Origin: Octopus sinensis
Lineage: Eukaryota
Assembly (NCBI RefSeq): GCF_006345805.1
Contig: NC_043009.1
Location: forward strand, 61,752,001 to 61,816,000
Direction: 5' to 3'
DNA: 64,000 nucleotides
Below the pieces are notes generated by a model. The model made no database searches. It was not told the origin of the DNA and worked only from the letters and a program-made list of their open reading frames with translations. The position numbers and the translations under genes were made by a program. Of the stretch, positions 27,011 to 41,404 are shown one piece after another. The stretch's first letter is position 1. The number at the start of each line of letters is the position of its first letter.

Positions 27011-28852
27011 TAAACAAACACCACATACGTAACACACCACCACACACACTTGTAACACCCTGAACAGTGCGCATCACCCGTACAATTATCGTCACTAATA
27101 AGTCACCTGATACAACCAACTCGATGATTTCATCCTAACATAAGTTTTACAACTGATCGCATCACACAGCAGACACAGAAGATGCGTTTGATGACAGAAG
27201 GAAAATATGGAAAATGGTCTGGCAGCGATACACTATAGTAATGGTTGTTTGGTTATTAATGTTGCTGTAGCTATTGTTGTTGCTTTAGAACTTCGCAAAT
27301 GATATAATTCAACAGAATTCAGTTGCTTTCGCATATCAAAGAATTTGTACCACAATATCTAAAAGATAATTCAGCACACGTTTTCATTCACACACCATCT
27401 CTTAGATTCTCCTATCTTTTCTTGCTTAGTGAGCAGGAGAACAGTACCCACAGTCCTTTCCAAGGCCATATAGATGGTTGGAGAATGGGAAGGCGGGAGA
27501 TAAACTGAAGGCCTTGATCCGAATGTTTGCGAAAAAGTGCACTTCGCTAAAGAGATGCAAGGACCACAACATAAACCACTTTCATGCATACAAACGCATA
27601 TATGAGCATCATGTCTTTTACAGAAACCTGCATCTGTCTCTATCACGCGTCTATATTTCTTCTCCACACATGCATACATATGGACACACACTCCCTACCT
27701 CCCTATATCTAGACTACACATATACCCCTCACTTCTACCATACACACCCATATATCCTCTATATTATTGACAGACACGCAAACAATCTCCCTCTTCTTAC
27801 ATTACACAGGACAGCCTCCCCATTCTCTCTCTATATGTATCATAACCTCGCATTACCCCTGCCTCCCTACATTTGAGGGGCGTCCACAGACCATCGTCGT
27901 TGACACTCCCTCTCTGTCATATTTAAACTAACAACATCAACAACAATACTTTTTAAACATAGGCACAAGGCAGCGAAATTGGTGGGGAGGAGTGAGGAAT
28001 AGTCGATGAAATCTCACTAGTATTGCATTGGCATTTATTTTATGGACCAGGGGAGAATGAAAAAAAAAAAGTCAAACTGAAAATTGCAATGATGACAATA
28101 AAGAAATACTATTTTAAAATAACGTATCGTTTTTTTTTTTCATCTTGCATGTATCTATCTATATAGTAAACATACGTGTAAATATCTGTGTGTGTGTGTG
28201 TATGTGTGTGTGCGGTATATATATTTATACACGTGTATATAAGTGTGCAGCTAAATAGGCGTGTGTATTATATATATGAGTTAAATGCATACACAAACAC
28301 ACATACAGAGATTGTGCATATAGTAAAGTACAGGTAGCTCCAGCTCACAGCACAGATAAAGTGTGCAGTGGCATAATCAGTGCTGGAGAGAAAGACGGAG
28401 GTGATTAGATACATACGTAATGCACACACACATACACACACACAGATTATAGAGTAAAAAGAGAAAGAGAAAATAATACAATGTAAACACAGAGGTAAAT
28501 ATAAACGAATATATCTATATAAATAATAAAAACATCCAAATGGTTGTGACGACCGCTATTTCTCACTCTCAGTGTATTCTTCATATTCCTGCACACAAAA
28601 TAAGGAAAGGAAAAAAAAATATATATATATATGCTTTTACTCTCCGAAGTCGGACTCCAATTAAAGAGTAAGGCCTGCAAAGAAATTTGCATGAGAAAAT
28701 CCAAAAACTCCGTCTTCGGCGACGGTACAGTGCTGATATAAGTAATATAAACACGGGAGTGTGGGGTGTCAATCGGTAATGAAAGTGGGAAGATAGAAAG
28801 GATAAGTTGAAAGGAAGATAGGAAAATATAAGAGAAAATAGTCTCTTCTCAC

Positions 28853-29373
28853 CTCCATCGTTTGGTCGGTGTGATGTTCCTTAGAAATTCCTTCTCACTG
28901 GATGCAGCTTGAACAGCAGAAGTGCAAGTACCATCGCGCTGGACGGTCTCACACAGACTCTGTTGTTTATGGAAACCGACAGAGTTAAAACGGTGAAGTC
29001 CTTCGCCCATTTCTGCCCTATGACCGTCCAATTCGGCCGTATTGATAGATTTAACCGGGCTACTATTTCTAATGTTTCTACTGTAAGCACAATTCGTTTG
29101 TTCATCTAAGTTGGAAGATAAATAGTTTTGTGATCGCTGTTTTCGATCTGACGCTGTCGTCGTCGCCGCCGTGGCAGACCGCGATGGTGCATCATAACGG
29201 CCACTGTTTTCTTTGCTCTCTTCTTGCCTTTCGGAAGTTTTCTTATTATAGTTGAACATAGCATATTTAGTATCCCTGTGCGTGCCATCTAACGAGATGT
29301 TCGTGAGGAAATTAAAGGCTGCTATCCTGTGTCTGCACCGTTTCTTCTGCTGGCGTTGGCTGGTTGTCGCCAT
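28853..29373 (-). CDS. CABLES: First coding exon of a CABLES (CDK5 and ABL1 enzyme substrate) family gene; continues towards lower coordinates
   Basis: ORF begins MATTSQRQQKKRCRHRIAAFNFLTNISLDGTHRDT, matching the CABLES N-terminal RxAAxxFLxNISLDG signature. It ends at TGGAG|GTGAGA (GT donor 28852-28851, phase 2). The surroundings are CpG-rich. No downstream exons were recognised in the window. Confidence 0.88.
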
Positions 29374-30300
29374 GTCGGAGTTATCACGCGAATAAACGCT
29401 AACCTTGTGCGAAACTAAAATAAATCAATAAAAAGTACGAGACTAAAGCAAACGAGGCTAGCTCCGTTCTCGTCCGCGCACCTTATCTTACGTCTGCTCT
29501 TTCCACTTGAATTTTTTTTTTTATTTTTTTTTCTTCTACTTTTTTTTTCTAAATGAAAAACTGACAATCTAAAAAGATGGGGCGATCGGATTCAGTGATG
29601 TTTATGTCTTTCTCAAGGGCATTAAGGATCTGTGTAAAATTAAACAGCTCTGACTGGCACGTGAAACCATAATTCAGACCCAGTTCAGGGAGCGTCTTTT
29701 AAGAATATTATATATATTAGCTTCTTAGGCACACAGTCCCGCTTTTTAAAGGGGAGTGTTTGAAGTTGTGACCTTCGATCCTTTCTTAAGAGAACTGATA
29801 GTTTAAATGAAGCGAAATTGCTTCTACCGGCCTAAAACTGAGCTCGTCATGAGATTCTTGATGTATGAGGCTCGCTTCAATTCAGACAGAAACAGGCTGA
29901 ATTCTTTCTCATGCCAATTCCAACTTTAGCCTAAAGGCAGCACAGGAAAAGCAAGCTATAAATATGTCGATAGAAGATATTTTTGGACCTCTCAAACGAA
30001 AGAAAACTATATTTTATCTCGTTTTCGTCTATCGGCGTTTCGTTTTTATAAACTGTACCGGTTTACAATCATTACGTTATTATTGTCATTAACATTATTA
30101 ATTTATGAAATAAATAGCTGATCGTGGAAATGCATTTCCAGCACTTCCCCTCGGCTTCCGCATTCTTCCTTTCCTACATTTTCCTTCCTCTCTGTTTTGC
30201 CCTGTTTTTCCTCTCTGCTTTGCCCTGCTTGCATCTCTGTTTTGCCCTGTTTTCCTCTCGCCGCTTTGTTCGCTATTTATTTGTGTGATTATTTATTTAT
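29374..30300. promoter_or_regulatory. CpG-enriched putative CABLES promoter/5' UTR region
   Basis: Repeat-free, CpG-richer sequence immediately upstream of the CABLES ATG; TSS not determinable. Confidence 0.45.
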
Positions 30301-31089
30301 CTTCCTTCTCCCCCCTCTCTCCACCTCCCTCTCCATCTCTGCATCCATCCATCTATCCAAATAGTCAGCCTGCTTATTTATCTATCTTTCCAAATCAGAA
30401 AAAAAAGTCTTCTCTCTTATGAGTAAAAATAGTTCTCGCTTAAATAATGCTTGATAGCTAAATACAGCCAGTCGTTGGCTGGAGAGTATAAAACCAACTT
30501 TAATGTACTTAATGTACTCAAATATGTAAAAGTACTGAAAAAAAAATCCTAAAATAATTACGATTTGATATCAGATATAAATTTTCTGGAAAAATAAATT
30601 TGTATGCTCTTAGGAAAGGAGTTTAGATTTTACGTTTGAGGCAGGAACAGTCACGTTGCAAGAGTGACCCGGGACAAATCACCTTAACTTAAAATATATG
30701 ATAATCTATAAGAAATCTTGTACCTCTTTGTACCTAAGTCCAGGTACAAGTGTTCCCTGGTTCCTCTTTTACTACGCCTCTGGGCAGGGCTGTTTATTCG
30801 CAAAAAAAAGAGAAGAAAAGTCACTTAGTTTTCACAAATTGTTGCTTGCTTCAAATTATCGCTGATTATGCAGACATATGATCGAAGACATTCCAGGTGT
30901 GACGATCCAATTTTAGTGTATCTACATTATCTAACACAATCTTTCCTTTATTTAAGAATATAGTGTTGTTTGAGGGAAATTTGGCTTCTATTTCTAGCAG
31001 GTCAAATGACCTTGTAGATGTTCCCTCATTAGCTCATTATAACCTATCAAGAGCTTAGCTTAGAAGTTACTTAACTTGATTTTAAAATA

Positions 31090-31605
<516 letters not shown>

Positions 31606-32402
31606 GATTTCATAAGAAAATTAGACATTGAAGAATATTGTTGATTGCAGAAGTATGAAACACTGGATTATGGTTCAAGCAGAACTACATAATAATTGAA
31701 ATTTAATTTTTGATTCCTTAGTGATTAAATCCTGAAAATAAATAAATCAGGTACTACAGATTTAACTTAATGGGAAGTGTGCTATCACAGAGTGTGAATC
31801 ATGGATTATAATATGGGGGAGATGAATATGTAGAGAATCATAAATCTGTCCATGAAAAGCAAACTTGCAAGATAACAATCTAACAAATGGCTTAACTAAC
31901 ATCCTCAAGCAGTTGGCATATCAATGTAACAAGGTGGTGAACTGGCAGAATTGTTAGCAAGCTGGGAAAATGCTTAGTTCTGTCTTATGCTGTATGTTCT
32001 TATGTTCTGCCTTACAATTTGCAACACCCTTTTAGGATTGATCAAACAATGAGTGCTTTTTCTGCAAATATTTCTGCAGTGCTTCCAATTGAAGACACTA
32101 CTTCTCTGCATTAACTGTTTCACTTTGTTTTAACGCTTCATAAATGATTATGCTCTTCATGTCCCACCAAAACATAGAGCATAATTTCTTTTTCTGGTAC
32201 AGTCCTGATTTGGGAATTGATCCTCCGTTTTTCATGTCTTTACTCTCTGAATTCATTTTCTGCCAAGGTTAACTTACCTTTCATCCTTCTGGAGTCCAAT
32301 AAAATAAGTACCAGTTGATCACTAAGATTGATGTAATCAATTTACCCCCTCCTCCAAAATTGCTAGCCTTATACCAAAATTTGAAACTTATTATTATTAT
32401 TA

Positions 32403-32768
32403 CTACCTCCACCTTAGTGAAGGTGGAGGTATTGTTTTCAGTCATGTTTGTTTGTCTGTGGACAAGATATCTCAAGAACCACTGGATGGATTTGGATGAA
32501 ACTTTCAGAAATGTTTGGCCTCGTGACTGGCACAAACTGATAAAATTTTGGGAGTGATTTGGTACCGGAACCAGACAAGGATTCTGGATTATTTTTCTTA
32601 TTTTTTGCTAAATTTTTGAGAGTGGTTGAGTTCATTTTTAGCATTCTCACTTGTGAGAGCAGTCGAGTTACTTCAGATATTCCCATTTTAAAAATCATCT
32701 CCGGCTAATCATTGAGAGGATGTTGGTGTTGCCTTGGCAGAGGTTTGTGCTCTATGAGTGCTCTTGTT
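32403..32768 (+). mobile_element. Helentron/DINE-1-like non-autonomous element
   Basis: 5' hairpin ACCTCCACCTT-AGTG-AAGGTGGAGGT, 3' subTIR CCTTGGCAGAGGT and terminal small hairpin GTGCTCTATGAGTGC; GTTTGTTTGTCTGT microsatellite after the 5' end. Confidence 0.6.
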
Positions 32769-35700
32769 ATTTTCTGTGTTATGTATCAGTGTTTCACTAA
32801 GTTTTGATCAACACATTTAGTCTGCTCGTTCTATTTTGTTCTACAATTTTTGAGGTAGCAATGTCCTGTTTTGGAGAAATTGCTCTGTTTTATAGATACT
32901 ACTTCTTTAATTTCTATGCTTTGTAGTTAGAGCTTTAATTTGATTTTATTTATATTTGCTGATGGTATTCGCAATAATAACACAACTGTTTCACTCCTGC
33001 TACTTGTCTATTGATTGTCAGGCAGTGTTTATGGTGGCTTTAAGCCAGGTCCTGAGAGACTAAAGTACGATATAGGGATGAACACAGGTGTCTTGCTATA
33101 AAGGAGATACATGATTACCTCGGATTATATAAGGATGGGGAGAAGATAAAGATGATAGTGATGGAGTGCCAGAGCAAACTCTCAAAGTACAAGAAGATGA
33201 ACATAAGAGAGGATGTGGTCAATGAAATAGGGGTGGGAGAAGAATTGGTGGGTAGTTTCATAAGAATGTGAGGGAAGCTATGGGGGTAGAGGTGACTGCA
33301 TGGGGTGGGTGAGCAAAGGTGGTGGAGCAGCTGATGGGATATATCAGTATGGAGAGGATGGATAATGTGAGGGAGATAACTGTAGTCCAGAAGGACGATT
33401 GGTCAAAAGGTAGGGTGATGATGTGACATGTATAGGAGTTGTGGAGAGGGAGATGTGAGGGTACCTAAGGCTGTCTATAGTGAATGAGGCATGCGGGTGG
33501 ATATGGGAAGGTGTTGAGAATGATAGCAGATATGTGAGGCGTTAAGATAGAGTGTGGTTGAGGAGAGAGATACCTGTAGGCACAGAAGAAGGTGATCAGT
33601 GAGAATAGTGTGGGAAGGAAAGGGTGGACAATAAGAATATCAGGATGGATGGTTCCAGGTGGAGAGGAGGTAACTGGTTGTGCAAAGGGTGGGGGAAGGG
33701 ATATGTGCCAATTATGCTCTCAAGTGATTACAGCTGCCAAGTTAGCGCCATAGACAGAAGAGTGATGGAGGGCTGGATGTTAGAGAAATAGTGTATATCT
33801 GTGCAAGAGGTGAGTTTACATGATGTATATACTATCTGCAGGATGCGTGTCCAAGTGTGATTGTAGAGAATTCAATGCATGCCTCCTGATGATAGCTGTG
33901 TAAATTGTAGCAATAAAAGCTGCACTGTAAAAGCTGTGGGAGCTGTAATGACAGTGGCTGTAAGTTGTTGCAGTTGCCTATGGTTGTCATCATCATCATC
34001 ATCATCATTTAACGTCCGCTTTCCATGCTAGCATGGGTTGGACGATTTGACTGAGGACTGGCAAACAAGATAGCTGCACCAGGCTCCAATCTGATCTGGC
34101 AGAGCTTCTACAGTTTGATGCCCTTCCTAATTCCAACCACTCCAAGAGTGTAGTGGGTGCTTTTACGTGTCACCGGCACGAGGGCCAGTCAGGCAGTACT
34201 GGCAACATCCATGCTCAAACAGTGTTTTTTATGTGCCACCTGCACAGGAGCCAGCCCAGTGGCACTGGCAACAACCTTGTTTGAATGTTTTTTCACATGC
34301 TACTGGCACAACTGCCAGTAAGGTGACACTGGTAATGATCATGCTCAAATGGTGCTTTTTATGTGCCACTGGATGGAAGCCAGTTAGCTGCTTTTGCAAC
34401 TGTACATATGTATATCATGAGTCTGTATAATATTGAGATAAGCTTAAATACACTGGTATTTCTAGGCTATATGTACTGGCTTGTAACTCTAGGCTGCGGA
34501 ATTTGAACTCAGGACATAAATACCGCTAAACGTTTTGCCTGGCATGCAAATGGTTCTGCCAGCTCATTGCCTAAATGCTTGTATAAATGATAGTGACAAT
34601 CATTTTATAAGTAAGAGGCACTTTCAAGACAAAGAGACACAAGCATACACTCACACATACATATATGTATACATACACACATACATACATTCATACATAT
34701 ACACACATATATATGATGAGCTTCGGGATTTCGTCTGCCATTACGTTCTGAGTTCAAATTCCGCCGTAGGCTGACTTTGCCTTTAATCCATTCGGGGTCG
34801 ATAAATAAAGTACCAGTTATGCACTGGGGATCGATGTAATTGACTTAATCCCTTTGTCTGTTCTTGTTTGTCCCCTCTGTGTTTAGCCCCTTGTGGGTAA
34901 TGAAGAAATATATATGAGGACCTTATTTCAGTTTCTGTCTGCCAAATCTATTCACAAGGCTTTGGTTAGATCAGGGCTATAGCAGAAGACACTTGCCTAA
35001 GATGACCACAGTTGGATTGAACCCAGAGCCATGTGGTTGAAAAGCAAACTTCTTATCACATAGCCATGCCTGCAATCATATATACATCATCATCATCATC
35101 AATTAATGTCTATTCTCCATGCTGGCATGGGTTGGACAGTTCGACAGGAGTTGGCCAGCTGTAGAGCTGCCTAGGATCTGTTTGTGTGTTCTGGCATATG
35201 TGTGTGTGCGTGCGCGTGTGAGTGTGTGTGTGTGCGCGTGTGAGTGTGTGTGTGTAAAAAAAAAAACTATTTTTTTTATGTATTTAATCTTTCTATAAAG
35301 TGTGGGGAAAAAAGCACGCATGCTGGTTTATAAACTTCTGTTCCATTGTTGGAAAGTGTTCTGCTATGGAAAGGCCAGCTACGTTGCATTGTTTCTCCAC
35401 ATAGTTGTAGAATTGTATTTGTGTCTTTGTGTAATTGTCAAAGCCTGTTGTTTCTTTGTATAGTTGTTGAGATAAAGTTGCTAAAAATTAAATGGTGAGT
35501 AAACTCTGCCTGTAAAGCTTTTCTGCTGTGTGACTAAAAGAAACCAGTTATTATATCATCTGTCAAAGTTACTGATTGGTCAAAATTGTGATGATGTCAG
35601 CACGTCTGTTGATAAATTAGGCTCACAAACTGAATAGTCTGACAGATGATGACATAGGTCTATCTCTTGATGTCAGCCTATCTGTTACTAAACAATTATT

Positions 35701-35974
35701 AAGAAATGTAAACTACCAATTTGTAGACCAACATTCTTGTCCAGTCACGAACAAACTGTGAGCTGTAAGACTTTCTGAATAGCACGTCAATGAAACATCC
35801 CTTGAATTTTTTTTGTAGTGTGACCCACGTGATGATGAACCATGTCTTGTGTGGCCCACTTCTCAAAAATGGTTACCCATGTCTGTTCTAGTCACTGGAG
35901 TGCTACAAATATTACAGTGAGTATTCTCTAAAGTTTTGAAGCAAAAGCTTCATCACTTACAGTGTGTTTCAACT

Positions 35975-36194
35975 ATTTTACTCTTTTACTCTTTTACTTG
36001 TTTCAGTCCTTTGACTGCGGCCATGCTGGAGCACCGCCTTTAGTCGAGCAAATCGACCCCAGGACTTATTCTTTGTAAGCCCAGTACTTATTCTATCAGT
36101 CTCTTTTGCCGAACCGCTAAGTGACGGCAACGTAAACACACCAGCATTGGTTGTCAAGCAATGCTAGGAGGACAAACACAGACACACAAACATG

Positions 36195-36270
<76 letters not shown>

Positions 36271-36443
36271 CATATATACGACGGGCTTCTTTCAGTTTCC
36301 GTCTACCAAATCCACTCACAAGGCTTTGATCGGCCCGAGGCTATAGTAGAAGACACTTGCCCAAGGTGCCACACAGTGGGACTGAACCTGGAACCATGTG
36401 GTTGGTAAGCAAGCTACTTACCACACAGCCACTCCTGCACCTA
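35975..36443 (-). mobile_element. SINE family A
   Basis: Sequence match to family A; retains many CpGs. Confidence 0.9.
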
Positions 36444-36544
36444 ACTAGTAACTAACTGATGAAGATTTAAGATATGAAACAAGTTGTAATTTGTGAAGTT
36501 CCAGTTTCAAAATTTATATATTCCTCCTCTTTGTTGCCATCCGG

Positions 36545-36990
36545 CTATCTATCTGAGGCTTTATTTAGCTATGGTGCGACCTCACCTGGCAGCTGACTTG
36601 GCAGACACCCATAAAATTATTAACCATCTTACAAACAATAACTCTGAGCACCTTTTCAAACTCCATCTGTCTAACACCCGTGGACATGTTTACAAAGTCA
36701 GAAAACAGCACAGCTTCCATGACTTTCGGAAACATTTTTTCACACTAAGAGTTGCTGAAGTATGGAACAAACTGCCGGCATCAGTTGTTAGTTGTCGGAG
36801 TACTGCATCCTTCAAAACATCCATGCTTCCTGAGATTCGCCAACACTACACCTGATTTTCTCCGCCCCTCCATACACACTGTTCACTTCCCAGACATTTG
36901 TACATTACTGCATATGCTTTATACGCACTTTTGACAAGTTGTGGTGCACCTAAGCACTGTATACAATAATTTCATCATTATTATTATTAT
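36545..36990 (+). mobile_element. CR1-like LINE 3' fragment with internal deletion and (ATT)n tail
   Basis: LYLAMVRPHL is joined directly to AADLADTHKIINH...NTRGH...RKHFFTLRVAEVWNKLPASVV...*; short 3' UTR ending CATTATTATTATT. Confidence 0.85.
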
Positions 36991-37974
36991 AACAGCTTCC
37001 ACGTTTCACTGTAGCAGACAGCCTTGAGGATCATCATGTCCTTCAAATGCCTTATATGGTCCACTCAGTATAAACTGCAAATCCAACCAGATAGATTCAA
37101 CACTAGGCATACTTGTGTGCTGCCAGTCTACCTCTTTAGACATGTGGCCACTCTAACAAATGTTTGTTAGAGATTGTAGCAGGTGCAACTGACTACTCCA
37201 CAGTCTTTTTGACATCCTGTTGATATAGTGTGTAGACCTTAACAGAAAACAACACACACATACACACACGTGTGTGTGTGTGTGTATGCATATGTGTGCT
37301 TGATTTAAGAAGATTTTGCTCCACGTTTTGGCATACAAAAACACAAGGAATACAATCCACCATTTTCCTTCTTCACAATTTTACATCAAGGATCTATGAT
37401 GTAATAATTTGGCATTTAAAGAGTCACACTTACATAACAATCTTCAAAAAAAGCCTAAGATCCTTAATGGAAGTTTCTCTTGGGGGCTATTAAATGATTC
37501 CTATACACACTTCTGTTTAATGTCTCACTTGGGAAAATGCTATAACCAGAGTAGATCAGCTTCCACCAACTTTGTGATCTGTCAGTTTGCCATAACAACA
37601 AAAATTGAAGCCACTACAAGTAAGGCCATATTGGAGCAGTGATAGCAGTATGGTCTTGCAGTGATGGCTAAAATGAAAGAATTTGGGCAGCGCTCCAATG
37701 TAGCCTTAATTGTGATTGCTGAAATAAACTAAAGAACTACTGAAAGAAATACAAATTTATCATACCATTTTACCATTGTTGAGGATATAAATATCACAAC
37801 TGCAACAGCAGTCTGTGTTTGAATGAGATCAGTTTACAGGTGAAATGGCTGAATAAAAATTATCTGGAACCACATCCTTAAATGTCTTGAGTTCATATCT
37901 CTTCTGTGCATTTCGTTGTGCTTCTTTGTAGGAAGTTAGTTATACCAAATTTATAAAGAAAATTCACCCTAAAC

Positions 37975-38830
37975 CAGCGGTTCTCAACTGTGGCTTCCAG
38001 GGCCACATACGGTCCTCAAACATCCTTCTGGCTGTCCCCAATGGTCCTCTCTTCTTTTCTTTTGTCTTTTCTTTTACTTGCTTCAGTCATTTGACCGTGG
38101 CCATGCTGGGGTACCACCTTGAAGGATTTTAGTTGAACAAATCAACCTCAAGACTTATCAGTATTTTTTTAAGGCCTGGTACTTATTCTATCCGTCTCTT
38201 TGTCAAACTGCTATGTTATGGGGGATGTAAACACACAAACACTGGTTGTCAAGTGGTGGTTGGAGACAGACACAGACAGAAAGCCACACACACATCCACA
38301 AATGCACACACACACACACACACATGATGGGCTTTTTTCAGTTTCCATTTGCCAAATCCACTCACAATGCTTTGGTCAGCCCGAGGCTACAGTACACTTG
38401 CCCAAAGTGCCATGTAGTGAGAGTGAATCCGGAACCATGTGGTTGGAAAGCAAACTTCTTACCATACAGCCATGCCTGTAACTATAAATAAAATAAATTT
38501 TTCTTTATCCTTTTGTTACTGTATTTATTTTGATATGCTCTGTGTTTCTTTCAATTAATTTAAAATATAACAAAGAATTTAGTAAAATAACTTCGTTATC
38601 ATTCAGCTAGTGTTAGTAACTTAAATTACGACCAAAGTTTGGTGGAAAATTTTAATTCAAAACTTATGAAGACAAGACATTTGTACTCAGTGTCAGAGCC
38701 AGAGCCAGTTTCAGCCAGGTTGGTAACGAAAGAGTTAAACTGACTTGTGTTTTACCTTTTTTGGTGTGGTCCCCTGAAAAAAAACAGGCTTTGGGTCTGG
38801 CCCAGATATTAAAAAGATTAAGAACCCCTG
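37975..38830. mobile_element. hAT (Charlie-like) MITE with nested SINE and piggyBac-like MITE end
   Basis: TIRs CAGCGGTTCTCAAC / TTAAGAACCCCTG; 8-bp TSD CCCTAAAC (37967-74) / CTCTAAAC (38831-38). Confidence 0.75.
38055..38478 (-). mobile_element. SINE family A nested in a hAT MITE
   Basis: Diverged match to family A. Confidence 0.8.
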
Positions 38831-41404
38831 CTCTAAACACTTGATTCTACCTGTCCCACTTCACCTAATTGTTGGGAAATGTTAATCAATCTTAAGAGAA
38901 TGTTACTTATGAGTAACTAGTATTCCCTCCTGAAGAATGGTTATTTCATTCATTTTTTATTTATTTATTCGCCCTTTTCAAGCCTAGCCAGGCTCATGGG
39001 CCCGGTTTCCTGGTTTCTATGATGTATGTGTTCCCACCAGCTGGAAGAGACGCCAGTCCATCGCAGTATTACTCAAGAAACAGAAGAAAGAGTGAGAGAA
39101 AGTTGGAGCGAAAGAGTACAACAGGGGTCGCCCCCCCCCCCCTGCCGGAGCCTCGTGGAGCTTTAGGTGTTTTCATTCAATAAACACACACAACGCCCAG
39201 TCTGGGAATCGAAACTATGATCCTCCAACCACGAGTCCACTGCCCTACCCACTGGGCCATTGCACCTCCACATTTCATTCATTTAATATCATAAAATTGC
39301 TAAGTCGGCTTCTGCAGAGCTGACTAGGACTACACAATAACAACAACAACAATAGTAAGCATGAAACCAGTCTTTATGGATTTTCAAGACTTTTTTCAAA
39401 TAGTTTGGTCTGCATGAAGAAGCTGTGCCCATGATCTTTGCAGACCTTCTGGCACCAGTATGACTGATGTCATTGATGCTCTTGAACAATAGTGAGTCAA
39501 TGACTACAAGAGAAATATGAATTAGGAAGAGCTTCCAGAGGTCTGCCTTGTGGATAGCAAGAAGTGGAAATAGTGGTGGGACCTATAGAGTATACACAAT
39601 GTGGGTGACGAGACAAAGAGAAAGGAGTGGGTTGAGTGGTCATGAGTAGAAGAGGAATGAGACCAGAAAATCTGAGGAACAGAGGCCATTGCTGCAGTGG
39701 TAGAAAGGCAGACAATAAAACAGCATGTCTTGCTGGTCAGAGATTGCTGTGTGTTGGTGGGTGACTTCATACTAATTAGTTCTAATCAGTGACTTCATAC
39801 TAATTAGTTTAAATCAGCAACTTCATGCTAATCAGTTGGTGGGCGACTTCATACTAATGAGTGGTTATTATCTGCATATGAGTAAGTATGAATGTATATA
39901 CATCCGTAACATTGTCTGAAATAAGGAAGCATTATTCCATTATAAGTCTCACTTATGCGTTTTAGAGAGTCAACAGCCAATGAGAGCTGAAGTATTTTCT
40001 GGCATCAGAAATGAAGGCAAGTCTTTAGGATGTTGTACATTTGATGTACCATTTGTTGCAATTTTGCTGGTTTTAATTGCGTGTTGTTCATGACTAGGTG
40101 TGGTGGGTTACAAAAGTGTTTCCTTCATGTATTCAGTGGTTATGTCTTTATGTTATTGCAAAAGGCAAAATTAACGCAACACTATAAGAAGATATTTTCA
40201 AAGTTTCTATTAATAGGGGAAGTGCATGCTTGGCATCAGGTGTCGTATTTCATGCAGATGATTCTTCATCATCATCATCATCCTCATCATTGTTTAATGT
40301 CCGCTTTCCATGGGTTGGATGATTTGACTGAGGACTGGCGAACCAGATGGCTGCACCAGGCTCCAATCTTGATCTGGCAGAGTTTCTACAGCTGGATGCC
40401 CTTCCTAATTCCAACCACTCAGAGAGTGTAGTGGGTGCTTTTACATGCCACCGGCATGAGGGCCAGTCAGGCGGTACTGGCAATGACCTCATTCGAATCT
40501 TTGTACACATGCCACTGGCACAGGTGCCAGTAAGGCGACGCTGGTAACGATCACGCTTGAATGGTGCCTTTTACTTGTCACCGGCATGGAAGCCAGTTAG
40601 TCGCTCTGGCAACGATCACGCTCTTGAATGTGGTAAATTACAGAGAAGTGAATTACTTGAATAGGAATTGGTATTCTGAGAAGTGCAGCTCGTAGTTTTT
40701 TGGAGGAAGAGCATGAACACATAGATAAACCTTGAGGAACAGCACAATTGATAGACTATGGGTGAGAGAAAGCCCCACGGGGACATTCTACAAGGGTGAA
40801 ATCTCATAGAAAGCTTTCATTTCAAAAGATGAGTAATGAATGGAACCAATAGGTATGTGGTTGAGCTAAAAGATTTGCATACTACCCATACTCAAAGAGA
40901 ATTGCACAAAATTTTCTTTCTCTATTTCTCTTTTAATAATTTAGGGTTCTAAGGCAGAAAAAGTGGAATTCTGACTAAATGTGTTCCAGAATTTAACATA
41001 ATTCCATTACTTCCTGAGTTCTAATTCTGCAATGTATGACTTTGATTTTCATCTCTTTCGGCATCGATAAAGTGAGGTTTTGTTATACACAAGAACTAAT
41101 TCAATAAGATGTACTCTTTCTTTATAAATATATTGTGTCCATGTAATGGTGACTACCATAATTCATTCATCTGGTATCACTGAAGGATTAGTCATCATAT
41201 AGTGTATTTTGAGCAAGTTTCTCACACTCCAAGTTATATTACTCATAATGAGAGTTCAACTAAGCAGCTTAAGCTGATGAAAGACTTTTCCATATTGCCA
41301 TTGCTTATGAGATCATTGCATGATTGCTTTTGGATGTGTGTGGTGTTGAAGGCAATTGTCATGTAATCTAGCTGGCTGTGTGTATAATGAATGAAGTAAA
41401 CTCA

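Noticed and set aside
1-28852. Further CABLES exons (candidates at ~910-1075, 13155-13240 and 20317-20460 on the minus strand)
   Set aside because: Candidates with AG/GT boundaries had stops in all frames or no similarity to CABLES motifs (e.g. FSVLPY, YDPNLLDDP, cyclin-box). Poorly conserved small exons could still have been missed.
28881-29288. Alternative-frame and antisense ORFs overlapping CABLES exon 1
   Set aside because: These are shadow ORFs of a real coding exon with no recognisable homology.
37520-37860. Possible unrecognised exon or Tc1 5' remnant in the intergenic region
   Set aside because: It has only short open frames with stops and no motif I can recognise.
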